A stretch of 44,267 nucleotides of DNA from Octopus bimaculoides (taxonomy: Eukaryota). How positions within the stretch are numbered: position 1 is the first letter of the stretch; every line of letters begins with the position of its first letter. The stretch lies in assembly GCF_001194135.2 (NCBI RefSeq), contig NC_068981.1:60538446-60582712 (forward strand), written 5' to 3'. The position numbers and the translations under genes were made by a program. The notes under the pieces are model-generated. The model made no database searches. It had not been told where the DNA came from and saw nothing but the letters and a program-made list of their open reading frames with translations. Below, one piece after another: positions 11,531 through 22,100 of the stretch.

Positions 11531-12753
11531 CATACATACATTCATACATACATACATATTATATATACATACATAAATAGTTAACTGTTCTGTTAAGGTA
11601 GGATCAACCAAGAAGTACGCTACCCAGTGAGAGATAAACATCATCTAATGTAGGCTGTCTTAGAAAATGGCTGATAGTATCTTGCTATTGATACACGTGG
11701 TTGACCTGAGTTTTACAACGCGCCTTGTCCAGCATTCTGAATTTTGAATACAACAAACTACACACCCAGATTCTATATGTTGGGAATACGTGCTGGGAGA
11801 CACAAGTCGCATTCTAAACATCTAATTAACCACAGGTCTCAATGTCAAGAAAATATTAGTGGTTCTTACTTTAATACGGTGCACAAGAGATGTTATATAT
11901 ATGTATGTGTTTGTATAGCATCTATAAATAGGTTTGGCTGCACTCTTCAATATGACACTACTAACTACCTTTCCCACCCATCTCTCCCTTTATCTCTATC
12001 CTTGGTTTATCACTCAAACTCCCACCACCTATATACTACATACGCGCATTCCTTCCTACCCACTAGACCTTTTAACCTTATCTCCCCCTTCCCTCCTTCT
12101 CTCTATATGCTCTTCCCCTCTATCCTGTAAGATCAACTGACCATTAAAGTATACCGCTACCATCCTTCACCTCTATCTCTCCTCCATCCCCTTTCAAATT
12201 CTGTCTTCATGACTTGACCTAATTACCGCTCATCCTTCACTTGACTTGGCCATTCTTCAAGTAAACAAGCTAAAATCCATCGCAGTATGNNNNNNNNNNN
12301 NNNNNNNNNNNNNNNNNNNNNNNNNNNNNNNNNNNNNNNNNNNNNNNNNNNNNNNNNNNNNNNNNNNNNNNNNNNNNNNNNNNNNNNNNNNNNNNNNNNN
12401 NNNNNNNNNNNNNNNNNNNNNNNNNNNNNNNNNNNNNNNNNNNNNNNNNNNNNNNNNNNNNNNNNNNNNNNNNNNNNNNNNNNNNNNNNNNNNNNNNNNN
12501 NNNNNNNNNNNNNNNNNNNNNNNNNNNNNNNNNNNNNNNNNNNNNNNNNNNNNNNNNNNNNNNNNNNNNNNNNNNNNNNNNNNNNNNNNNNNNNNNNNNN
12601 NNNNNNNNNNNNNNNNNNNNNNNNNNNNNNNNNNNNNNNNNNNNNNNNNNNNNNNNNNNNNNNNNNNNNNNNNNNNNNNNNNNNNNNNNNNNNNNNNNNN
12701 NNNNNNNNNNNNNNNNNNNNNNNNNNNNNNNNNNNNNNNNNNNNNNNNNNNNN

Positions 12754-12796
<43 letters not shown>

Positions 12797-13400
12797 ACAT
12801 AAATATATAAAATATGTAATGATAATTCGTCAACTGACTTAAGGTAATAGGTACGTACTACGAGTGCTCTCTTTGGTTTACCACTGTAACTCAGGTTTGA
12901 ACTGCAACTGAACGGCGATGTTGAGACTGCTAATGAGAAGTGGCTATACGCGGTTTTTCCTTGAGCAGGTAGATTAAGATTAAACTATAAATGAAAAGGC
13001 AAACCGTTTGTCATAATTTTAAACGACGTTTAATTTAGATAGAGAATATAGATATACAGAGTTACTTACAGCTGATTCTAGAGTAACCGAGCGCGTGGAT
13101 CATCATATTAAGTAAGGATTCGATAGGCTGAGTATCTCGTCACTGGAGAGGGTGACGTCAAGGAGATGTAAAAGCGAGGGAAATTCTCTAATCGAGCATA
13201 TTTGTGTATTCCAGTTTGTCGAGAGCGAGAGAATGATCAGAGTAAAATAGGAATGCATTAGGTAAATCTATGTTCAAGTGGGAAAAACGGTTATACATAA
13301 TATCCAATAGCAGCTTCAAATGAAAATGTTCGATCATAATTCATAGCTAGGAATAGCGGAAGTTACAATTCCAGTTTTAAATAGAGAATGTGTTGTGGTG

Positions 13401-15347
13401 AAATCCAAACACCCCTGTGGGGTAGCAAGTCAACTGCCTTAAGCCATATAAAGGCGCATGCCCACTGTCAGTGAATGACAGTGTGCTGTGCTTTTTTGGT
13501 GTTGGTAGTGGTTTCGTAAACGTGAGTTGAATTGTTACACATTGTTATTTATATATTTGTTGAAAGTCTCCTTGTGTAGGTGAACCAGAATTTGTTAAAT
13601 TGTTGAAGTGTTGAATTTTCGTCGCTGTTTTTGCCTGGTTTTTGAAATTGTTTCTTCTCCATTTATGGGAGAAGTGAAGAAAAGAGGAGAGATGAAGCTT
13701 GTCGCAAGTTATGCATCCGCAACAACACAAGGTATAAATACCAACACCCTTGAAGTACGCGAGATAAAGATAGAGCCGAAGAACTGGAAGGAAGGAAGCA
13801 AATTGTTAGAAAATGAAGGGGCTAGTTTAACGCTGACTCCTCCAGAAGATTTGATAAACAATGTAGCGAAGAGGACGGTGGTGTACAGAACGTTGTCCAC
13901 GTCCTCTCACAAGATAGAGGTTGCACCAATAGAGGCAATAGAGGAGTGCCTCGAAAACCTAAAGAGATTGACCACATTTTATACACGTGGAAGGAAATAC
14001 GGCACAGTGGAGGTAAGGTTTGGCAACGAAGAAGAAGCTATAAGCCACTTCACTGCTGATAAGGACACCGGAATGGGTACTTCTGCCGACGTACTGTGGC
14101 AAACGCGTCGCCAGAGTAAGAATTGGCAGAGCGCCCCCCGAAATAAAGGAAGCATGGCTGGTAGCAGCCACGAAGCACGGAATGGAGGATGAGATGAAAA
14201 TCCTAAAGATTACGCGGATGAAAAAGATCAAGTGATGGAGGTATGGCCTCGAGATGACGATACGGGTGAGCTTAAAAAGATATGTATGAAATCACATTCC
14301 CAGAAGACACGAGACTTAGAGTAGTAGTAGAAGGAAGACCACCAACATACTTTCTATGCGGTAAAAAAAGAGCACATGACAGTAAGGTGCCCTCAGAAGG
14401 AAAACGAAGAGGAGGAGCAGAAAGGTGAAGAACAGAGTGTCAAAGAGGCGGTACAGTTGACAGAGAAAGATAGAGTGGAGGAATCCTTCACAGTCGTGAA
14501 TAAGAGGAAATGAAAAGAACGGGTGAGCTCTCCACCAGAGAGCCAAAAAAGGATGAAAGATATTGAGATGGAGGAGAAAAGAAACAGGTGCGAGACACCA
14601 GCAGGATTAATAATGGAAGGCGTAGAACCAGAAACATCATTACAACAAGATGTCGAAGGCCCCAGCACTATGGATTTTTTTACACGTAGTGAGGTCCCAT
14701 GTGGAATGACTCACCTGGACAGCGCAATTCTGGAGCCGAAGCGAGCGGAGGTTAAAAAGAAATAAGTAGCATATGATCACGTATGTCAAAAGTACAGCAA
14801 TAGAGCCCAAAATTACAAAATTGAAATCGATCATAAATGTAAGACTGCCTCCAGAGGAATATTCGGAAAAAAAACCCCAAAGGAATAATCATCGACAATG
14901 AGAGATTTGAGAAATTAAAAGAACTGTTTGGAGGTAGCAGAGACCCGTTGGGAGTAGAAATTGAGTCCGACGAACTACCACCGGGAGGGGAATTCTTGAA
15001 AGAATTGAAACCACTAATGAACGTTTAAAATAAAGGGCGAGTAAGTAATTTGTTTTTCTTTTAAAAAGGAGGAAAAATAGACTTTTAAAAAGACTTAAAA
15101 AAGAACAATATCAAAAAGGAAAAAAAAGAGTGTTTAAGAACGATTCATTAAATTGTATAACCTAACTGTTAAATGATACTGCTTCAGAGTAAGGCTCAAA
15201 GCAGCCATTCCATCATCATTAATTTTATCATTTTTATACATAATCATTTTCATTCGTTTTATGTCTTTTGTCCCCAATGTGGTGTTCTGTCTGTCCTTGT
15301 ACTGTCCCCTCTAAATCAAGGCCGGAGTGCCAAATAAAGAAAAGCAA
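13401..15347 (+). mobile_element. ORF1-only (HAL1-like) non-LTR retroelement with Tx1/L1-like gag ORF
   Basis: T-rich 5' UTR, a disrupted ORF1, a ~320-bp AT-rich 3' UTR ending in AATAAAGAAAAGCAA, and a candidate 7-bp TSD tgtggtg (13394-13400 and 15348-15354). No APE or RT motifs follow ORF1. Confidence 0.65.
13665..15028 (+). pseudogene. Disrupted LINE ORF1/gag-like protein with CCHC zinc knuckle
   Basis: ATG at 13665 gives MGEVKK...VASYASAT. After a frameshift it reads LPTYCGKRVARVRIGRAPPEIKEAWL (RRM-like). It then reads RLRVVVEGRPPT[Y]FLCGKK-EHMTVRC at ~14312-14390, which is C-x2-C-x4-H-x4-C once TAC is restored to TGC and one A of an A7 run is removed. An acidic/basic tail with FTVVNKRK follows. 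Purine-rich coding-like sequence ends at TAA 15026-15028. Confidence 0.75.
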
Positions 15348-15397
15348 TGTGGTGTATGCAGGCGCTTTGTGAAGACAGTCCTAGCGAAAGAATACAT

Positions 15398-15484
15398 TTA
15401 TCTATCTATCTATCTATCTATCCATCTATCTATCTATCTATCCATCTATCTATCTATCTATCTAACAACTTACCTACCTACCTA

Positions 15485-15516
<32 letters not shown>

Positions 15517-15592
15517 TCTCCCTCTCCCTCTATCTATCTATACATACATACATATAGGCAAGATTAGAAGATGTGTACAAAATGTAACCTGA

Positions 15593-15624
<32 letters not shown>

Positions 15625-15711
15625 AAGTATAGATAAATACATTCATACATACATGCATACACACGCAAACACAAACACTTACACACACACACACACACAC
15701 ACAAACGCATT

Positions 15712-15808
<97 letters not shown>
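15398..15808. repeat. Microsatellite cluster (ATCT)n, (CT)n, (CTGT)n and long (CA)n
   Basis: Directly visible. Confidence 0.95.
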
Positions 15809-15810
<2 letters not shown>

Positions 15811-16366
15811 ATATATAATTTGAAGCGGAAACTTTCAAATTTCCATTTGAGACCTAACTTCACTTTTCGGATCCGCAGGCAGGAGTGAGATTGTCACAAT
15901 GTATAAAAGTTGTAAGAAACTGAAAACACTGGCATTTTTTTTTTGCCGGAACTTTCTATCGGTTTCAAACCTCACAAGTAAAGTTATGGTTTATGATTAG
16001 AGGCACTAAATCACAATTGTGGTGCTAATGTTGTAATCTGTTCCTCTAAGTAATCATAGTAATGGCACGATTATAAAACCCCGAGGGAGATATCAAAACC
16101 CGCCATTGCCAATACAAGTCTTGTTTGATGTGTGGTTACATTAGCATATTTACATTCATCAAACAATGTAAGTGCTATCGATTCACTGCAAAAGAATAAT
16201 ATTTTGTCGCAAGTTTCTGTAGTTATATCAAATTACGATTAGTAAATTGATAGAAACTTTACGTTAGGAAATATTGTAAAAATAACTCGTTTATTGCCCA
16301 TTGTTTTACATATGAAAACAAATAAGAAGGTCAGAAATACACAAAATGAAAATGCGCATTTAAATG

Positions 16367-16636
16367 ATAGAAACTGGTCATTTAGTTGGTTTATAGCGTA
16401 TATGTTTCCATAGAAAGACCATACAAACTGGTCGTTTAGTTGGTTTATAGCGTATATGTTTCCATAGAAAGACCATAGAAACTGGTCGTTTAGTTGGTTT
16501 ATAGCGTATATGTTTCCATAGAAAGACCATAGAAACTGGTCGTTTAGTTGGTTTATAGCGTATATGTTTCCATAGAAAGACCATAGAAACTGGTCGTTTA
16601 GTTGGTTTATAGCGTATATGTTTCCATAGAAAGACC
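16367..16636. repeat. Minisatellite, 5 x 54 bp
   Basis: Unit atagaaactggtcgtttagttggtttatagcgtatatgtttccatagaaagacc starting at 16367, 16421, 16475, 16529 and 16583. Only two substitutions are seen (one in copy 1, one in copy 2). Confidence 0.95.
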
Positions 16637-16794
16637 AATAACAGTTAAAGATAAAAATTTACAAACAAAATTTGTTCTTCGAAATTATAGTTCAATATTT
16701 TCTAATGAAATGGCGATTGCTAGCAATGTTGAATCATTTTTTAAGGTTAAGGAGTATTAAATATGTTTCTGTTTTTATGAGTTATTAATGAAAA

Positions 16795-16852
16795 ACAGAA
16801 ACCGAGATCCTATGACCGTGAGTCCGCTGCCCCAACCACTGGCCCATTGCGC

Positions 16853-16855
<3 letters not shown>
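16795..16855 (-). mobile_element. tRNA-derived SINE head only (second family)
   Basis: The minus strand reads gaggcgcaatgggccagtggttggggcagcggactcacggtcataggatctcggtttc: an A-box-like motif and the start of a B-box, then truncation. Confidence 0.6.
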
Positions 16856-16899
<44 letters not shown>

Positions 16900-17287
16900 A
16901 TATATATANNNNNNNNNNNNNNNNNNNNNNNNNNNNNNNNNNNNNNNNNNNNNNNNNNNNNNNNNNNNNNNNNNNNNNNNNNNNNNNNNNNNNNNNNNNN
17001 NNNNNNNNNNNNNNNNNNNNNNNNNNNNNNNNNNNNNNNNNNNNNNNNNNNNNNNNNNNNNNNNNNNNNNNNNNNNNNNNNNNNNNNNNNNNNNNNNNNN
17101 NNNNNNNNNNNNNNNNNNNNNNNNNNNNNNNNNNNNNNNNNNNNNNNNNNNNNNNNNNNNNNNNNNNNNNNNNNNNNNNNNNNNNNNNNNNNNNNNNNNN
17201 NNNNNNTAGAGTCCACACAGGCACACACACAAAGAACAATGTAGAAGGAGGGTGAGAGAGAGAGAGAGGGGGAAGGGAGACAGACAG

Positions 17288-17319
<32 letters not shown>

Positions 17320-17399
17320 GGAGAGAGAGAGAGAGAGACAGAGAAGATTTTGGTAGTATGAAAAGGTAACTAGAACACAAAAAATGTCTCCATCATTTT

Positions 17400-17816
17400 T
17401 TAACTGTTACTTGTTTCACTCACTTGACTGACTGAGGCAATCCTGGGGCACCACCTTGAAGGGTTTTAGACGAACAAATTGACCCCAAGATTTATCTCTT
17501 TTTAAGCCTTGAACTTATTCTCTCGGTCCTTTTTCCGAACTGCTACGTTAGGGGGACAAAAATATACCAACACCTGTTGTCAAGCGGTGGTGGCGGAACA
17601 AATACAGACAAGGAGCCGCACACATACACACACATACACTCACACACATGTATATGACGGGCCTTTTTCAGTTTAAGTCTTCCAAATTCACTCAGAAAGC
17701 TTTCGTCGGCCCGAGGCTACAGTAGGAGACACTTGCAAAAGATGTCAGTTAGTGGGTTTGAATGCGGAACCATGTGATTAGGAAACAAGCTTCTTACGAC
17801 ACAACCATGCCTGTGC
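17400..17816 (-). mobile_element. Near full-length tRNA-derived SINE with internal (TG)n tract
   Basis: Minus strand: degenerate A/B boxes (ggcatggttgtgtcgtaagaag...ggttccgcattcaaaccc), a gcaagtgtct box, a microsatellite, and a 3' body shared with 1771-1980 and 2300-2455. Confidence 0.75.
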
Positions 17817-18974
17817 TTGTACATGTATATATATACTTTTATATTTGACTGTCAGATGTTTGAAAGCGTTTTTTATTCCGTGCATGTCGCTTCGATATGT
17901 GCCATGCAGGAAAGTCAATTTGTGACTTCAACAAATTATATATTATATATAATATGATGTGCGTGACTACACATTTATAAATGTCGATTAATAAATTATT
18001 GTTATATTCAGACAAGCTTATGGATAACAACGGAACATTAACTCATCGGAGGACTCAATAGGGACAATACTGCCAAATATATTGTAAGGTTGACTGAGTC
18101 TTCAAATTTCACACGCGCAAAACCATAAGCACAAACACACTCACATACATATGTATCACATCACACTCACACACAGACGCACACACAGACACACACAGAT
18201 TCACACACAGACGCACACACAGACACACACAGATTCACACACAGACAGGCACACACATACACACATACACGGACACATTATATTCATACATCAATTCAAT
18301 TTGGTTATGAACCTTGTAGATCTACAGGTATTAGCTACCAACGCTTTTACAGCAAAAGACGTGCGTATTACTCTAAATGCATCCGGAATTCCGTGAATAT
18401 CCGTGGTCCATGTACAAAACTGTAAAGAAGAGACAGTGGATTGAGCATACATGCTCTATTGCATAATATACAATTGACACATCTCCAAGTAACCTGTAGA
18501 TACTCGCCAAAATATTATTATACAATATATGAAATATATTAAATATTATATTGCATCAGTGTTATATCAGCAACTTTGGTAAAGACACATTAAGTATGAA
18601 CGCAATGTGTATGCTATCCAAAACCTATATTGTTTTCTTTACTCTAACGATATTTTCTTTTCTTCATTTAATCATGTTTTTTTTTCTTCATTCAATGTTC
18701 TTTTTTATATTATTTACATTATTTACGTTCGATGGATATTTGTCCTTCATTTGTTTTCTTCATTCAATCATATATGATACATATACATATATATTATATA
18801 TGATTTTGAAGTTAGAACATAAAGAAAAACAAAATGTTGCTAAGCATGTTGCCCGGCGTACTACGTATTTTGTTAGCTTGCCTCGTTGCAATTATATGCC
18901 CGTGGGCATCTGGCGTAGTGTTTATGAGCGCGGGCAAATAACCCCATGATTCCGAGTTCGATTCCAGGCAGTGA

Positions 18975-18978
<4 letters not shown>

Positions 18979-19045
<67 letters not shown>

Positions 19046-19066
19046 GCAATAATAACAACAACAACA
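18979..19066. repeat. (TAA)n/(CAA)n microsatellite
   Basis: Directly visible; source of the poly-N, poly-Y and poly-L ORFs. Confidence 0.95.
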
Positions 19067-19115
19067 TCGGAAAAAATACCTTAGGAATGAGAACCCAGGT
19101 TCGAAATTTCCCCAA

Positions 19116-19161
19116 GACACCTGATGAAGGCTGGAGGGTATACCAGCCGAAATATTGTGTT
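19116..19161 (+). ncRNA. Minimal type I hammerhead ribozyme motif (Penelope-type)
   Basis: Stem I 5' gacac (19116-20), CTGATGA core (19121-27), extra A, stem II ggctgg/ccagcc (19129-34/19143-48, 8-nt loop), GAAA (19149-52), palindromic mini-stem III ATAT (19152-55), cleavage base T19156, stem I 3' gtgtt (19157-61). Confidence 0.7.
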
Positions 19162-22100
19162 AGCAACACACAAGATAAAGACAAATATCCGTCAATTGTA
19201 AATAATGTAAATAATGTATATAATACCTCATCTCTTAAAAATAGAACTGTATGTTACATTATATTATGTTATATTATATTATACTACATTGTATATAGAA
19301 GGGTGCTTTTTGGGGGAAATGAAGGTTAATTGCTTTATCAATTGAACAAATTGTATAGGAAATACCAAACATATGGCTGCTTGTAGTTTACGAGATATCT
19401 CGAGAAAAGAGAAAACGTTTCAAGTGTGAGGACGTATAACATTGAGATAATTTTGATTTACATTAATCTTAGCTACGTAAATTGGGGTGTCGAAAATTAT
19501 TTTGGCTGTATATAATCTCTGTATGAGAAATTACTTTTAGTCCTCCGGAAAGCCTGAAATATTTTAGGAGATTATGTAATTATCTCGTGATTGCCCTTAG
19601 AAGGATTATGTTAAATTTGTCTCTATATTTGGGTGCTACTGTTTCTAAGGCGAAAAACTGTATAGTAAGTAGGAACTGGAAGTTAATCTAGATTTGGTTA
19701 TGTTGTCTGTCTATTGAACTTTTGCAGATTGTATAGTTATAAAGAATGTCTACAACTGGTTCTTCCTATGTAGTGTGTTTATATATGGCACTGATACATG
19801 CGTCATTGAATATAATATGATGGGCTGAAGCAATAAAGAAGAAAGTAGATGATGTATCTAACTGGATTCGACGAGTTCGATGCATTGATGGTGAACTTTT
19901 CTAACTAGATAGGATGAATATGTACGCGTGAGAGCACGCGGTGAAAACATCTCCAACACCAGTATTATGTGAGTGCAAACCATATAATCATAGGGCTTTA
20001 TGGGACTTTGTTTAATGTCACTTCCTGAAACGACTCTTCCAAGTAAACGTTCCTCTGACCAATATGGTTACAAAATACCATCAAACAACTCATCGTGGAT
20101 TGTGCAAGCGGAAATGAAACGTAAGTTCGTTGTATCCTTGAGAAAGACACATTGGCTCAGAATCCCTGCATTCTATTTACTTGTAAACGGGTACAAGCGG
20201 TAGCGCTACGAGATAAACTTTGAGGAGAACTATTTTATCTATCCTGTCTCTCATTTTCTCTTGATATATGTGTGTGTGTATGTGTATACACATACACATT
20301 CATATCAGGAGCTTGCACTAAGTAGCGTTGAATCAGATTTAGTTACGTACATACATATTTAACATGCTCAATTACAGTCGAATATGGGAATACAATACGG
20401 TGCAGAAATTGTTTCGAAAGAACTTTATAAACAATAAGGGTGTAAACATACCACTACTGTTCGATATATGTAGCTGATAAAGAGAAACTACGCAGAAGAG
20501 CCTGCACTCTACTGCCTGACGACGTCATTCGTGGTTTGGTGGTGTGTTTACGTCCATTTTCCCAATAAATATACTATGGGAAACAGGATAAATGGAATGG
20601 TAGTACATTGAGTTGTGTACTAAACTTCTTAGAATAAGTTACATGTAATTACACCATGAATTCAGATCCCTTGGGAGAGAAAATACCTTTCATCTCCCAT
20701 GAATCCATAAAATATGTTCCGATACTGTACTGTTAATTCAATTGACTATGCGTCCCAAAACACATAAATTTGTCGCTTTCTACCAATAGAAGAAATCATT
20801 ATATTGAACATGGTTGATTCTCTATCTCATTGATTAGTTGTTAAATCTAAATTATACAACTGTTAATACAAACGAAAGAACAATGAGTGGAATTTATTTT
20901 GTCATGATATTGATTGATTATTCCAAAACTTCTAGACGTACCTTTCAGTTTTATTCAGGACAGTTTTTCTATTCAGTTTGTCTTGTGTAAGCATACAGAG
21001 ATCGATAACTCGATGATTGAAGAATTAAATTATGTTGGCTAAAACACGGTGTTCATTGAAATACAAAGCAATGTAATGTTTAATATATAATCCATAATGA
21101 AAACCAGAAAAAAAAAGTTATCAACAAAAAAAAAACTTATATCCATTGATTGCACAAACTTATTCAGTTCTCTAGTGTTAAGGTGCATAAAAAGTTTTAT
21201 TGGCAGACGTTGCTTCTCTGAAGATTGCCTGTGTTGTAGTTACTGTATGCTCTTCATATGAAAATCTCGAGCCTTTTGGAATCGGTTATAGTATGAACTC
21301 TGCGAACTTAGAAGATACGGTCACAGTTCTAAGGCGACCCTGCAAGGCCTTCAATTAAGTTGTCTAACTTTTTGAAGGATTCGGGTTGTTGTTGTTTATC
21401 GCAACAGTATAAAAGAAACAAAACACAAAAAAAAACTACGGATTCTTTCCTTGTTCAGATAAAGTTTGAAGGTTTATATTGGTACTATAATTACTGAGCC
21501 TCTAAGTAGACAATGTGTTTCTTAATAGTCTTACACGTGGAGGCTTAATTAACTAATTAGATCAATTTTGGAGAAATGTTTCAGCGAACACAGATTTACA
21601 GCTTCATAAAATATTGTATGTGATGGCAGTGGTGCAAGCATGGCTGTATAGTTAAGGCTATCTTGCGCAATTTCATGATTCGGAGTTCATTTCAGCTGCA
21701 TGGCTAATCAGTGAATGCTGTATTAACCTTGGAAATAGATAATTCACTATGAAAGATGTTCTACTGCTGGAAACTGTGCAGAAGCCATTTTTATTTATAT
21801 TAAATTGTGAAGGTACTGTAGAACTATATACCTATATATTTTATTATTTTTATCGGCAAAAGATGCATTGTAACTGAAGGGCCGAAGTGGCATACACCAA
21901 CTCATCGCTCATCGAATCATTTACAACTTCATTCAATTAAAATAATAAAGTCTGTACATTGTTATGTATGTATGTATGTATGTATGTATGTATATATACA
22001 TATATGTATATATATATATATATTTATGTATGAATGTATGTGTGTATGTATATATGTATATATGCATATGTATATATATGTATAAATATATATATTTATA

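Larger units (their letters stand above)
18904..19249 (+). mobile_element. tRNA-headed SINE-like composite: Pol III head, (TAA)n, hammerhead-bearing tail
   Basis: A-box-like TGGCGTAGTGTT (18911-18922), B-box GTTCGATTCC (18956-18965), (TAA)n from ~18979, a hammerhead motif at 19116-19161, and short gtaaataat repeats near the end. Confidence 0.65.

Noticed and set aside
13153-13160. Perfect CRE palindromes TGACGTCA (13153, 29664, 34519)
   Set aside because: An 8-mer occurring a few times in ~40 kb is weak evidence without chromatin or conservation data.
16367-16636. 54-bp array as a CRISPR-like array
   Set aside because: The units are head-to-tail with no unique spacers, and the context is eukaryotic. 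It is a minisatellite.
18904-18979. tRNA gene at the SINE head (also 16795-16855)
   Set aside because: A/B-box-like motifs are present but no complete cloverleaf or oligo-T terminator is evident, so these are SINE heads.
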